Part shown: positions 39,256-49,338 of the stretch, in pieces
Layout: every line of letters begins with the position of its first letter
How positions within the stretch are numbered: position 1 is the first letter of the stretch
IMG/VR virus record: IMGVR_UViG_3300042549_009011
Span: 32,001-96,000 of that record
Length of the DNA stretch: 64,000 nt
Source: a virus
Reading direction: 5' to 3' (one strand)
Made by a program: the position numbers and the translations under genes
Notes under the pieces: model-generated
Database searches by the model: none
What the model was told of the DNA's origin: nothing
The model's input: only the letters and a program-made list of their open reading frames with translations

Positions 39256-40938
39256 ATGAGTTACGGAGAAAAACAATTAGAGTTTATGAATAAAAAAAGA
39301 TATCTGAATAAGCTGTCTTTAGAAGAAAGAATTAATGAAATCAAATTAAAAGTAAAAGAATACGAAAGCGATTATTCAGAAGGTCTTGCAGATAGAATTG
39401 AAGATTATATCAAAAGACAAGTTTTAAGTCTGTCAACTCCTCAATGGTCTAATTTTGGAGTAACAAAACAAAATGGCACAACTCCATTGCCAGCATCGTG
39501 TTATATTGTTACTCCACAGAATAGCATTCAAGGAATTTATTATTCTATTGGTGAAACAGCCATGATGTCAAAACTTGGTGGAGGAGTTGGTGCAGATTTT
39601 ACAGAAATTTATGACAAAGGAACTCTTTTAGAAGAAGGTTTTTACACCAATTCAAAATTAGACTGGATGGAAGATTTGGTTCGCGCTGGGCAAAAAGTAA
39701 GTCAAGGAAATCAAAGAAGAGGTTATTCAGTTCCATTTATTAGCATCGACGATTCAGAATTTTGGGATCTAATGCAAAGAGTGGATAAAAATAATCCAGA
39801 TAAAAAAGATCCATTGGTATCTAATAATGTTGGAATTATTTTGCCAATTGGTTTTAGAGAAAAATTGAAAACAGATAAAGAAGCTAAGAAAAGATACATG
39901 AAATGTCTTTCTCTTAGAGAGTCAACTGGAAAATTGTATCTTGTTGATGTTGAGAACTGTAATAAAAACCAAAGTCCAGTTTATGAAAAACTTGGTCACC
40001 AAGTTTCCTCAACTAATATTTGCACAGAAGTTTTGACCCCAAAATATAAAGATAAAAGTTTCGTATGTGTTATTTGTGCTTTGAATTTAGTTCATTGGGA
40101 CGAGATTAAAAGTAATCCACAAATCATTAAAGATGCTTTGATATTCTTAGATATTTGTGTTTCTGAGTTCATCAAACTTACAGAAAACGTTCCTTTCATG
40201 GAAAAAGCTAGAAAATCAGCAATTGAAAAACGCGATATTGGGCTTGGCACACTTGGCTTTCATGAATATTTGCAAATGAACAATTGCGCTTTTGGAGATT
40301 TGAATAGTCGTTTCATCAATAAAGAAATTTATTCAACAATTAAAAAGTATTCGGATGAATATGCCTATGAAATAGGAGAAAAGCTTGGATCGCCTAAAAT
40401 GTGCCAAGAAGCAGAAATGACTCGTCGTAACGTATCTCTTATGGCAGTTGCGCCTAACAAATCAACTTCTTTCTTAATGGGAGAAACATCTTTAGGAATT
40501 GAACCATTTTTCAGTAATTATTTTGTAAAATCTTTAGCTGGAATCGAAACAACATTTAAAAATAAAAATCTCAAAAAACTTTTGCAAGAAAAAGATAAAG
40601 ATACAACTGAGGTTTGGGATTCGATTCTTAAAAATTTAGGATCTGTTCAACATTTGGACTTCTTAAATAAAGAAGAAAAAGCTATTTATAAAACAGCTAC
40701 AGAAATCTCCCCAAAAGATATGATTGATTTAGCTGGAGATAGACAAGTATATATTGATATGGCTCAAAGCCTCAATCTCTGGAATCGCCCAAATTATTCA
40801 AAACAAGATATTTATAATATTCATAAATATGCTTTTGAGAAAGGCATCAAAACTCTTTATTACTATTTCCCACAAGGACACGCTTCTATTGAGAAATCTG
40901 GAGAAAAATGGGACGATTGTGAATCATGTGCTGATTAA
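39256..40938 (+). CDS. nrdA: Ribonucleotide reductase class I alpha subunit, short, no ATP-cone (ATG start 39256)
   Basis: STPQWSN, PASCY, GGGVG, TNICTE, VCVI, RDIGLG, AVAPN, TLYY, C-terminal CESC. Confidence 0.95.
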   Translation: MSYGEKQLEFMNKKRYLNKLSLEERINEIKLKVKEYESDYSEGLADRIEDYIKRQVLSLSTPQWSNFGVTKQNGTTPLPASCYIVTPQNSIQGIYYSIGETAMMSKLGGGVGADFTEIYDKGTLLEEGFYTNSKLDWMEDLVRAGQKVSQGNQRRGYSVPFISIDDSEFWDLMQRVDKNNPDKKDPLVSNNVGIILPIGFREKLKTDKEAKKRYMKCLSLRESTGKLYLVDVENCNKNQSPVYEKLGHQVSSTNICTEVLTPKYKDKSFVCVICALNLVHWDEIKSNPQIIKDALIFLDICVSEFIKLTENVPFMEKARKSAIEKRDIGLGTLGFHEYLQMNNCAFGDLNSRFINKEIYSTIKKYSDEYAYEIGEKLGSPKMCQEAEMTRRNVSLMAVAPNKSTSFLMGETSLGIEPFFSNYFVKSLAGIETTFKNKNLKKLLQEKDKDTTEVWDSILKNLGSVQHLDFLNKEEKAIYKTATEISPKDMIDLAGDRQVYIDMAQSLNLWNRPNYSKQDIYNIHKYAFEKGIKTLYYYFPQGHASIEKSGEKWDDCESCAD

Positions 40939-40944
40939 TTTTTC

Positions 40945-40972
40945 TTGAAATCTATAAAACCTATGTTATAAT
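40945..40972 (+). promoter_or_regulatory. Sigma70-type promoter of the glycan cluster, leaderless
   Basis: TTGAAA-N16-(TGn)TATAAT-N7-TTG start. Confidence 0.7.
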
Positions 40973-40979
40973 GTAAGCA

Positions 40980-41681
40980 TTGAAACTTACAGTAATAACA
41001 TCAGTTTTTAATTCGGAATTCTTTTTAGATAGTTTTTTTGAAGATATTTTAAAACAAACCATCTTTCAAGATTGCGAATTCTTTTTCTTGGATGCAAATT
41101 CAAAAGATGATTCCAGAAAGAAGATTCTAAAATTAGTATCAGAATATGATAATATCCAATATTTTAATGTTGGAGATAAAAATATTTATAAAACTTGGAA
41201 CATAGGAGTCGTTCTCAGTAAAACCGAATTTTTAACAAATTGGAATACAGATGATCGCAGATTACCAGACTCATTAGAAAAACAATATAATTTTCTAATT
41301 GAAAATCCAGAAATTGATCTTTGCTATGGAGAAACTCTTTGGGTCGATACACCAAATTTAAAAACAGAAAAATGCAATCAATTAAATAGAACCCCATGCT
41401 TTGATGCAACTATGGAGTCAATGTTTCAATTTAATTCGCCGCATTGTTTACCCATGTGGAGAAAATCTATCCATAACAAATACGGACTATTTGATGAAAA
41501 TCTTTTTTCAGCAGGAGACTATGAAATGTGGCTAAGAGCATTATCTAAAGGATCTAAATTTGGAAGGTTGAATGATGTAGTAGGATCTTACTACAGAAAC
41601 CCAAAAGGCATTTCGTCTAATCCAGAAAACTTAGATCGGGCAGTTGAAGAAGTAATGGCTGTAAGAAAATTTTATTCATAA
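40980..41681 (+). CDS. GT2-family glycosyltransferase
   Basis: TVITSVFN, LDANSKD, WNIG, NTDD, GLFDE...GDYEMWLR. Confidence 0.9.
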   Translation: MKLTVITSVFNSEFFLDSFFEDILKQTIFQDCEFFFLDANSKDDSRKKILKLVSEYDNIQYFNVGDKNIYKTWNIGVVLSKTEFLTNWNTDDRRLPDSLEKQYNFLIENPEIDLCYGETLWVDTPNLKTEKCNQLNRTPCFDATMESMFQFNSPHCLPMWRKSIHNKYGLFDENLFSAGDYEMWLRALSKGSKFGRLNDVVGSYYRNPKGISSNPENLDRAVEEVMAVRKFYS

Positions 41682-42475
41682 TGAAACCTTTATTAATTTT
41701 ATCCTGCTCTGTTACAAAGAGTCATTTTAAAGAATTTTTATTACTTAGATATTCTGCCGAATTATTCCATGATTGTCAGTGGTATTTATCTTGCGATGAA
41801 TATTGTTATGATATTCTATCAAAAGATTTTGACTGTCATTGTGAAAATACAGAGATGCAAAATGGTAAAGTATTTGGTAATGAAGAAGAAATTTCTAACT
41901 TCTATAAAGTAATCGACGGCAAATTTGCCGCAGCTAAAAGAGCGATTGCTGATCATGGTCGAGTTTTAATGGTAGACTCAGATATAATTTTCTGTGGAGA
42001 ATTTGATGGAATATCACCAGATGTAGATGCAGCAATTTGTCCTCACTATCAATGGAATCCAGAAATGGATAAAGCTTGGGGCATATATAATGTTGGGTTT
42101 GTATATGTTAAAAATATTGCTTTCTTAAATGTTTGGAAACAAGAAACTAAAAGTGGTAGACATGAATTCGAACAAGTCCCTATGGAAGTAGTGGTTCACA
42201 ATACAGATTTTAGATGTCAGACTTTACCCATTAATCACAATATGGGTTGGTGGAGATTTAATAGCGATATTAAAAAACACAGGATTAATTCATTCAGTGT
42301 ATTTGGAGACAATATACTTTTCGATGGACATTTTGTTTCATCTTTCCATTTTCACTCTTTTGTTGAATGTGGGCATAGTAAACCATTGAAGAGTTTTCTT
42401 TTTGGATTCCTTTTGCCACAAACAGAATCTGGTAAAAAAATCATAGAAAAATACGAAGAACTAAAATCATGGTAG
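41681..42475 (+). CDS. GT-A fold glycosyltransferase (GT8/GT77-like)
   Basis: MVDSDI DxD motif; GIYNVGFV; FEQ; FHFH. Confidence 0.7.
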   Translation: MKPLLILSCSVTKSHFKEFLLLRYSAELFHDCQWYLSCDEYCYDILSKDFDCHCENTEMQNGKVFGNEEEISNFYKVIDGKFAAAKRAIADHGRVLMVDSDIIFCGEFDGISPDVDAAICPHYQWNPEMDKAWGIYNVGFVYVKNIAFLNVWKQETKSGRHEFEQVPMEVVVHNTDFRCQTLPINHNMGWWRFNSDIKKHRINSFSVFGDNILFDGHFVSSFHFHSFVECGHSKPLKSFLFGFLLPQTESGKKIIEKYEELKSW

Positions 42476-43077
42476 GAGCATTAGCACACATTTACGATAA
42501 ATCCAAACCAAAATGCAATGGCATCATTCATGTCGGTGGTCATTTCGGTCAAGAGATTCCTTTTTACTTAGATAAGATAACAAAAAATATTATAGTGTAT
42601 GAACCTCTACAAGCAAACTTTAAACAATTATTTGACAAGTTTGGCTATGTAGTTGATTGTCGCAAAAAGGCAGTTGGAAATTATAAAGGTAAAGTTAAAC
42701 TTCATGTTGAAACGGCTAATGCTGGTCAGTCTTCTTCGGTTCTTAAACCAAAAGAACATTTATCACAATATCCTACTATTACCTTCGACTCTGAAGAAGA
42801 GTGTGATATCGTCAAATTAGATGAAGATATCAACGGAGTCTTTGATACATTAGTTGTTGATGTTCAGGGTTATGAATTAGAAGTATTCAAAGGAGCGGCG
42901 AATCTTTTAAGAAAAGATATAAAATATGTTATCTGCGAAGTTAATTGCGTTGAAATGTATGAAGGCTGTGCTAAAGTAGAGGATTTAGATAAATTCTTTG
43001 AAGACTTTAACTTTAAAAGAATCATCACTTCTTGGGAAGGAGAAAATTGGGGAAACGCTTTGTATGCAAGATTTTGA
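42469..43077 (+). CDS. FkbM-family methyltransferase
   Basis: IHVGGHFGQE, YEP, SSS, VDVQGYELEVFKG, WGNALY. Confidence 0.9.
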   Translation: MVGALAHIYDKSKPKCNGIIHVGGHFGQEIPFYLDKITKNIIVYEPLQANFKQLFDKFGYVVDCRKKAVGNYKGKVKLHVETANAGQSSSVLKPKEHLSQYPTITFDSEEECDIVKLDEDINGVFDTLVVDVQGYELEVFKGAANLLRKDIKYVICEVNCVEMYEGCAKVEDLDKFFEDFNFKRIITSWEGENWGNALYARF

Positions 43078-43921
43078 CGAATATCAAATTCATTTGTTTA
43101 AAAAGTTTGAGCGTTTCAGAAAACCTTATTCTGGAGTTGCGTATCCACCATACCACAAAGGTATGTATTTAGAAGAATATTTCTTTAAGCAATTTTTATT
43201 GAATGGCAAAAGAACTAAACAATATTTAATACCAGTTTTTTGGACAAATTGTTACTTATCGGGAACAACAGAAGGATTACAACAGCTTTTAGATAGTCTT
43301 GATCCCGAACAGGAATATTTTTGTGTTAGCCAACACGATGATGCCATCATTGAAAATCTTCCTCCAAAAACAACTCATTTTAATGCTGGAGGCAATAAAT
43401 CTGGAATTCCAATACCATTAGTTTGTTCGCCAATTAATTATCCTAAAACAGACAAAAAAATATTTTGTTCATTCGTTGGATCTATAACTCATCCGATAAG
43501 AGTCAAAATGAACGATAAACTTCTTAACAAAAAGGGATTTGAAATTTTTAGTAAAAGCTGGACTCCAGAAGTAGATAGTTTTGAAAAAGATTTTTTCTTA
43601 AAGAAAACATCAGAAAGTCTTTTTTCTCTCTGTCCAAGAGGTTATGGGGCTTCTTCATTTCGTTTTTACGAAGCACTACAATTAGGTGCTGTTCCAGTAT
43701 TTATTTACGATAAGCCTTGGTTTCCATATGAAGACATGATTGATTGGGATTCTTTTTCTGTGAGAATTCATGAAAAAGATATAGATAAAATCCAAGAAAT
43801 TCTAATTGAATTTGCACCATTAGCTTTTAAAATGAATGAGAAAGGCAAGGAAATATATCAAAAATACTTTTCTTTAAACTCATTACCAAAACAAATTTAT
43901 AGAATTTTAAATGCACAATAA
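43064..43921 (+). CDS. Exostosin-like (GT47) glycosyltransferase (ATG 43064)
   Basis: SFVGS.THPIR; SLFSLCPRGYGASSFRFYEALQLGAVPV; PYEDMIDW. Confidence 0.85.
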   Translation: MQDFDEYQIHLFKKFERFRKPYSGVAYPPYHKGMYLEEYFFKQFLLNGKRTKQYLIPVFWTNCYLSGTTEGLQQLLDSLDPEQEYFCVSQHDDAIIENLPPKTTHFNAGGNKSGIPIPLVCSPINYPKTDKKIFCSFVGSITHPIRVKMNDKLLNKKGFEIFSKSWTPEVDSFEKDFFLKKTSESLFSLCPRGYGASSFRFYEALQLGAVPVFIYDKPWFPYEDMIDWDSFSVRIHEKDIDKIQEILIEFAPLAFKMNEKGKEIYQKYFSLNSLPKQIYRILNAQ

Positions 43922-44711
43922 TGTAAAAAATTTATTACTAGGAGATAGTCCTTGCTCTATAGGTAAAATTGGTGTTATAGAATTAATGCATTTTTATGAT
44001 GGTTATTATAATAATGAATTAATTTTAAGAGGAGAGACATTAGCCGTAAATGCAGGTATAAATATTAATTCTTTAGAAGAATATAATAGTTGGATAAAAG
44101 ATTTTGGAGATAGCATAAAAAATCTTGATTGTATATTATCATGGCAAAACAATGATAGTGAAAAACAAATTGTCAAAGAACTTTTTAAAGGAGAATTTAT
44201 CTCTGAAGATTTTCGAGATTTAGAACCATTTTCTCATGGCAAAGATGGTTGGCATTATCATCTTAAAGATAAAAAAGTTTTAGTTATATCTTCATTAAAA
44301 AATTCTATAGAAAAACAAATTCCAAATTTTGGGAAAATATGGGAAGGGGCAGAATTGGGTTCTTGTGAAGTTATCGAATCAAGAAACCCATATCAAATTA
44401 CAGGAGAAGATCCCTTCTTCTATAAAGATGAAATATGGAGAATAGCATCGCTAATTAGCAAAAAGAATTTCGATATTTGTATTATAGGTGCAGGAGGTTA
44501 TTCTTTGCCTCTATGTAATTTTGTCAAAAGTATTGGTAAAAAAGCGATTCATCTTGGCGGCGCTACACAAGTTTTATTTGGAATAAGAGGCAGTAGATTT
44601 GATAGAAACTTTAAATATGAAAATTGGTATGGTGGAGAAAACTTTATATATCCAGTTTCAAAAGATATTCCTAAAAAACATTACATGGTTGAAAATTCTT
44701 GTTATTGGTAA
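43911..44711 (+). CDS. GT-D / DUF1792-like glycosyltransferase
   Basis: LEPF...W...LKDKKVLVIS; FDICIIGAGGYSLPL...GKKAIHLGGATQVLFGI. Confidence 0.6.
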   Translation: MHNNVKNLLLGDSPCSIGKIGVIELMHFYDGYYNNELILRGETLAVNAGININSLEEYNSWIKDFGDSIKNLDCILSWQNNDSEKQIVKELFKGEFISEDFRDLEPFSHGKDGWHYHLKDKKVLVISSLKNSIEKQIPNFGKIWEGAELGSCEVIESRNPYQITGEDPFFYKDEIWRIASLISKKNFDICIIGAGGYSLPLCNFVKSIGKKAIHLGGATQVLFGIRGSRFDRNFKYENWYGGENFIYPVSKDIPKKHYMVENSCYW

Positions 44712-45455
44712 ATGAATAAATATTTATTAGTTATAGCTCGTTATCAAGACGAAAGACAAGAAATTTTTGAGAAATTTATTTCTCCAAAAAATAAAGACTA
44801 TTGTTTTAGACATGGAATAGAATATTTGCTTGTAGATAATTCTGTAGATCTTCCATTGGTTAGAGATAATCCAACTTGGTGGAAATTTACTCTTTTACAA
44901 AAAGCTATAGAAAGTGGCAATATAAAAGAAGGAGACATGTTTGTTCATTTTGATGCAGATATGGTTATATGTAAACCAGAGCATGAATATACAACTTCAA
45001 AAAGTTTTTCTTATGCAATTGATAATGGAAACACTCATTGCATGGGCAATTATTGCATGCGTATTAATCAATGGACATATGATCTTGTAAATAAAATTCT
45101 AGATGAGGATTTTTATCAAGAAAATAAACATAAGAAACATTGGCAAGAATTTAGAGAACAAGCAGCTTGGTATTCATTATGCGGAATAAAAAGCCATAGC
45201 TGGGAATCTTTTTTTGATTTACCTTATTATGGATTTCGTTCTGAAAAATCAACAACATGCGCTTATGATTATAAAGATTTATTAGAAAACGTGGAAGTAA
45301 AAACTCCAGAATGGAACACAACACTTTTATCAGAAGAATGTGACAACCCAATATCACAAATGCTAGAACAATATAATATTAACAAAACGTCGGCAAAAGA
45401 AACTATTATCCGACACTTTGCTGGTGGTCAACCTTGGAGAAAGGAATATTTTTAA
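44712..45455 (+). CDS. GT34 (MNN10/GMA12-like) glycosyltransferase
   Basis: KDYCFRHG; PTWWK; FDADMVI; EQAA; IRHFAG. Confidence 0.75.
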   Translation: MNKYLLVIARYQDERQEIFEKFISPKNKDYCFRHGIEYLLVDNSVDLPLVRDNPTWWKFTLLQKAIESGNIKEGDMFVHFDADMVICKPEHEYTTSKSFSYAIDNGNTHCMGNYCMRINQWTYDLVNKILDEDFYQENKHKKHWQEFREQAAWYSLCGIKSHSWESFFDLPYYGFRSEKSTTCAYDYKDLLENVEVKTPEWNTTLLSEECDNPISQMLEQYNINKTSAKETIIRHFAGGQPWRKEYF

Positions 45456-46207
45456 TGAGCAAATTAGCATTTATGATAACTTGTTTTGATGAAGTGAATG
45501 CAATTGATGTTGCTCTTACTTCTCTTAGGCATTTCTATCCAGAAGAAAAAGTTATTATTTTTTGTGAAGGTAATCAGGAAGACTTTTTGTATCTTAAAGA
45601 AAAATATAATACTAAAGTTTTTCAAGGATTAGATACACAAAGCCCTTTATTAAAACTTGATGAAAAAAATTACAAAGAAGAAGATTATGCAAAAGTGGAA
45701 AAAGCAATGCATGTTTTGTTGGACAGAATTTCTTTTACAGCAGAACAATCTAATTCAGAATATATATTGCTTCATTGTCCAGATACTCTTATTCGTGGCA
45801 ATATAGAAATACCAGAAGACTCTGGACTTTTAGGATCTTGTGTCAATAGATACTTTATACAAAGTATAAACAAAGTTTTACTTGAAAACGGAGGTATTGA
45901 AGTTTTTTACTTTGGTGCAGTTCCAGCAATTTTCAGTGTTAAAGATTTCAAAAAAGCAAAAGAGATTCTTTTAAATAATGTTGATCTAATAAGAAAGCTT
46001 GCCGAAGCATCTTGCTATTCTTTTTCTCATGATATTTTTATGTCAATACTTTTTTCCTTAATAGGTAAAAGAGAAGAATTTAATCCACAAATTATAGAGT
46101 GTGGCAGGAATACAAATTGGATAGAATCTGGCTGTCCAATTATCCATCAGTTTAGAACATTTTATCCAAAAAGAACAACAAAATATAAATCTCAAGAAAA
46201 TGATTAA
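45455..46207 (+). CDS. GT-A-like putative glycosyltransferase (ATG 45455)
   Basis: SLRHFYPE; YILLHCPD; HD; PIIH; within the cluster. Confidence 0.55.
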   Translation: MSKLAFMITCFDEVNAIDVALTSLRHFYPEEKVIIFCEGNQEDFLYLKEKYNTKVFQGLDTQSPLLKLDEKNYKEEDYAKVEKAMHVLLDRISFTAEQSNSEYILLHCPDTLIRGNIEIPEDSGLLGSCVNRYFIQSINKVLLENGGIEVFYFGAVPAIFSVKDFKKAKEILLNNVDLIRKLAEASCYSFSHDIFMSILFSLIGKREEFNPQIIECGRNTNWIESGCPIIHQFRTFYPKRTTKYKSQEND

Positions 46208-46787
46208 AGAAATTTTAAAAACAGCAATCGAAGGAACTAATGATTCCGACCGTCATTTAATGACAATTTTTTCCATAGCTTTAGCTACAGAAGGTAAGAC
46301 TTATATTGAACTCGGAGTAAGAGGAGGAACAACAACTATTCCAATTCTTGAAGCAGCTAAAATTAACGAAGGAACTCTGTATTCTGTCGATATAGATAAA
46401 TCTCCAGAAATTTCTTCAGATAATTGGATTTTCTCACAACGTGATGCAATTAAGTTTTTGCAAGATTGGGAGTTCTCTCAAATGCCAGCACCAGATTTTG
46501 TTTATATTGACGACTGGCATAGCTACGATCATGTTAAAAAAGAATTAGAGATTCTTGATAGAATAGTAACTCCTAACACTGTGATTCTTTTGCATGATTT
46601 AATGTATGGTAATACAGCACCATATTATCATTCTGACATAACACTCAAAGATGGGCAATGGGCTAATGGAGGACCCTATAGGGCTGTAGCAGAGCTTAAT
46701 CCTCAATTCTGGGAGTTCGCAACATTACCTTGGAGTCATGGGCTTACTATCCTAAGAAAAAAATATTCAAATAGAAAAACAGATTGA
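46200..46787 (+). CDS. Class I SAM methyltransferase (Methyltransf_24-like)
   Basis: IELGVRGGTT; SVDI; DFVYIDDWHSY; ILLHD; GLTIL. Confidence 0.85.
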   Translation: MIKEILKTAIEGTNDSDRHLMTIFSIALATEGKTYIELGVRGGTTTIPILEAAKINEGTLYSVDIDKSPEISSDNWIFSQRDAIKFLQDWEFSQMPAPDFVYIDDWHSYDHVKKELEILDRIVTPNTVILLHDLMYGNTAPYYHSDITLKDGQWANGGPYRAVAELNPQFWEFATLPWSHGLTILRKKYSNRKTD

Positions 46788-47611
46788 AGATTCTTGTTTT
46801 AGGTAGCGAAGGTCAAATTGGAAATCCAGTATGCGAATACTTGGAGAGAATGGGCTGTAAAGTGATTAGGTATGACATTAAAAGATCAAGTGCCGAAGAT
46901 TTAAGAGTTTACGATACTGCACTTCAAAATGAGTTATTTAAAAAGTGCGATTTTGTTTATTACTTCGCATCTGATGTTGGTGGAGCGAAATACCTAGAAA
47001 GCAATCAAGATTCTTTTGGATTCATAGAAGATAATATATTGATAATGCATAATACATTTCGTCTTCTAAAAAAATACAAGAAACCATTTATTTTCACCTC
47101 TTCACAAATGGCAGATCAATTTCATTCTACTTATGGAAATTTAAAATTAATTGGTGAAAAATTGACAAACTCATTAGGAGGAATATGCGTTCGTCTTTGG
47201 AATGTCTATGGCAAAGAAGAAGCTGGAGAAAAAAGTCATGTTATAACTGATTTTATTCATCAAGCACAAACACTTAATAAAATTACTTGCAGAACAGATG
47301 GAGAAGAAGAAAGACAATTTCTTCATGTAGATGATTTGTGTGAAGCATTATTTTATCTTACCGAAAATTACGAAAACATAAATAAATCAGAGCGTATTGA
47401 TATATCAAATTTTGAATGGACTAAAATCAAAGATCTTGCAAATATCTGTGCTGAATTATTTAATTGTGAAGTAGAGCTATCTGAAAGAAAAGACGAAACT
47501 CAAAGAAATTATAAAAATGACCCAAAGAAAAAAATACTTGAGTTTTGGCAACCAAAAATCAGTTTAAAGACAGGTGTAAAACAAATAGCAGAAAAATCTC
47601 ATGCAAAATAA
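46784..47611 (+). CDS. NAD-dependent nucleotide-sugar epimerase/reductase (extended SDR)
   Basis: LGSEGQIG; FTSS; YGNLK; RLWNVYG; DGEEERQFLHVDD. Confidence 0.9.
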   Translation: MKILVLGSEGQIGNPVCEYLERMGCKVIRYDIKRSSAEDLRVYDTALQNELFKKCDFVYYFASDVGGAKYLESNQDSFGFIEDNILIMHNTFRLLKKYKKPFIFTSSQMADQFHSTYGNLKLIGEKLTNSLGGICVRLWNVYGKEEAGEKSHVITDFIHQAQTLNKITCRTDGEEERQFLHVDDLCEALFYLTENYENINKSERIDISNFEWTKIKDLANICAELFNCEVELSERKDETQRNYKNDPKKKILEFWQPKISLKTGVKQIAEKSHAK

Positions 47612-48191
47612 AAAAATATATATTGAAGCTGGTGCAAACAATGGTATAGAACAATCTCGTTCTCTTTTCTTAGCAAAAGACCCTGATTATTTTGGTATTT
47701 TAATAGAACCTGATTTTGGAGCATTTTCCGAATGTCAAAAAAGTAGAGGGAGTAACGCAATTGTTATAAACTGTGCTTTAGTTAACAAAGAATATACAGG
47801 CGAAACTATTAAAATGTTTAAGCATAATTCAAGTCTAATGAATTCTTGTTTGAATCATAAATTAGAAAAGAACAGATATTCATCAGAGATAGAGTGTCAA
47901 GCAAGAACTCTGCAATCTATTTTAGATGAGTATAACATTAAAAAAGTAGATTATTTATTTTTAGACGTAGAAGGATTTGAACATCAAGTTTTAAATGGCA
48001 TAGATTTTTCAAAAACCGAATTTGATCATATAGAAGTAGAATCTCATTTCCCTTTCTTGCAAGTTTCCCCAGAACAAGACCAACAAAAATTTGTTGACTT
48101 CTTTGAGCCGAATGGTTATGTTTTGGTAGATTTAATAAAACAAGATGGATTGCCTAAGCTTATTTTCAAACCATCTAAACAAAATACTTGA
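47601..48191 (+). CDS. FkbM-family methyltransferase
   Basis: IEAGANNG; GILIEP; VDYLFLDVEGFE. Confidence 0.9.
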   Translation: MQNKKIYIEAGANNGIEQSRSLFLAKDPDYFGILIEPDFGAFSECQKSRGSNAIVINCALVNKEYTGETIKMFKHNSSLMNSCLNHKLEKNRYSSEIECQARTLQSILDEYNIKKVDYLFLDVEGFEHQVLNGIDFSKTEFDHIEVESHFPFLQVSPEQDQQKFVDFFEPNGYVLVDLIKQDGLPKLIFKPSKQNT

Positions 48192-48243
48192 GTTTTTCTT
48201 TTTTAATATTAATATAAAAAAGCAATTCTTAAACTTTTAAAAA

Positions 48244-49302
48244 ATGTCGAAAACAGCAATTATTACAGGTGCAAATGGGATGGACGCAAAAACTCTCACT
48301 CATTTTTTGCTCGCCAAAGATTACAAAGTAATTTTAACACACAGAAGAAATACTTTTTTTGATGAAACTTCTTTTGCTAAAATTTTTGAAGAAGATTTAA
48401 AACAAAATCCAAAAGCACAATTATTTTTTGAGGTTTGTGATATTTCGTGTCACGCAAGCGTAAGAGGTTGCATTCTTTCAAGTCTTGAAAAACACGGAGA
48501 GATTAATGAAATTTATTTGCTTGCTGCCAATTCTCATGTTGGCGAGTCTTTTCAAAACAAAGAATCTTCTATTATCACAAACGGACAAAGCGTTTATTAT
48601 TTCTTAGAGACTTTGAAAAACCTTTCCCCAAAAACAAGAACTTACTTTGCTGCTACAAGTGAGCTTGTGGGCGGCATAGATAATGGTAGGTTCGATGAAA
48701 CATGCCTTTGGAATCCACGCTCTCCTTATGCCATTGGTAAAGAATTGGGAGCTAGATGGGTAAACTTTTATAGAGACTCTTTAGACTCAAATATGTTTTC
48801 TTGTTTCGGTGTATTGTTCAACCATTCAAATACTTATAGAACAAAAGACTTTGCCATTAGAAAAATAACAAATACTGCTGCTAAAATTGCGGCAGGAAAA
48901 GAAAAAACTTTATCTCTTGGGCATTTAGATTGGGCTAGAGACGAACATTGGTCTGATTTTGGCTGTGAGGCTATGTGGAAAATGCTTCAACTTGAAACTC
49001 CAGATAATTTTGTCGTAGGAAACGGCGAATGTTTTTGGGGAGAGGAATTTGTTGAGAGCGCATTTTCCTATTTTAATTTAGACTGGAAAAAACATTTAGT
49101 TTTTGACGAATCTTTAAAAAGACCCAATGAAGTTGTCAGACTAATCTCAGATCCATCTAAGGCAGAAGAAAAACTTGGATGGAAGAAAAATAGAATTTCT
49201 TTCAAAAAACATATTGAGCTAATGTGTGAATATGACTATAACCTAGAAACTGGGCAAAAAACAATTCGCCCAGATGTTTTTAAAATTTCAGAAAATTCTT
49301 GA
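48244..49302 (+). CDS. gmd: GDP-mannose 4,6-dehydratase
   Basis: AIITGANG.D; LAANSHVGESF; ATSEL; PRSPYAIGK; LFNH; RKIT; LG.LD..RD; RPNEV. Confidence 0.9.
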   Translation: MSKTAIITGANGMDAKTLTHFLLAKDYKVILTHRRNTFFDETSFAKIFEEDLKQNPKAQLFFEVCDISCHASVRGCILSSLEKHGEINEIYLLAANSHVGESFQNKESSIITNGQSVYYFLETLKNLSPKTRTYFAATSELVGGIDNGRFDETCLWNPRSPYAIGKELGARWVNFYRDSLDSNMFSCFGVLFNHSNTYRTKDFAIRKITNTAAKIAAGKEKTLSLGHLDWARDEHWSDFGCEAMWKMLQLETPDNFVVGNGECFWGEEFVESAFSYFNLDWKKHLVFDESLKRPNEVVRLISDPSKAEEKLGWKKNRISFKKHIELMCEYDYNLETGQKTIRPDVFKISENS

Positions 49303-49338
49303 CTTTAAGTTCTTGAGGTGTTATACACATGTAGTATA

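Noticed and set aside
38265-40938. Bacteroidota host inferred from the class Id RNR and lack of SD sites
   Set aside because: Promoters are TTGACA/TATAAT type rather than the Bacteroidota TAnnTTTG type, so the host is left unassigned.
40980-49302. Glycan cluster as contaminating host LPS/capsule DNA
   Set aside because: Composition, leaderless promoter style and gene coupling match the flanking phage genes; no wzx/wzy/ABC exporter or visible junction.
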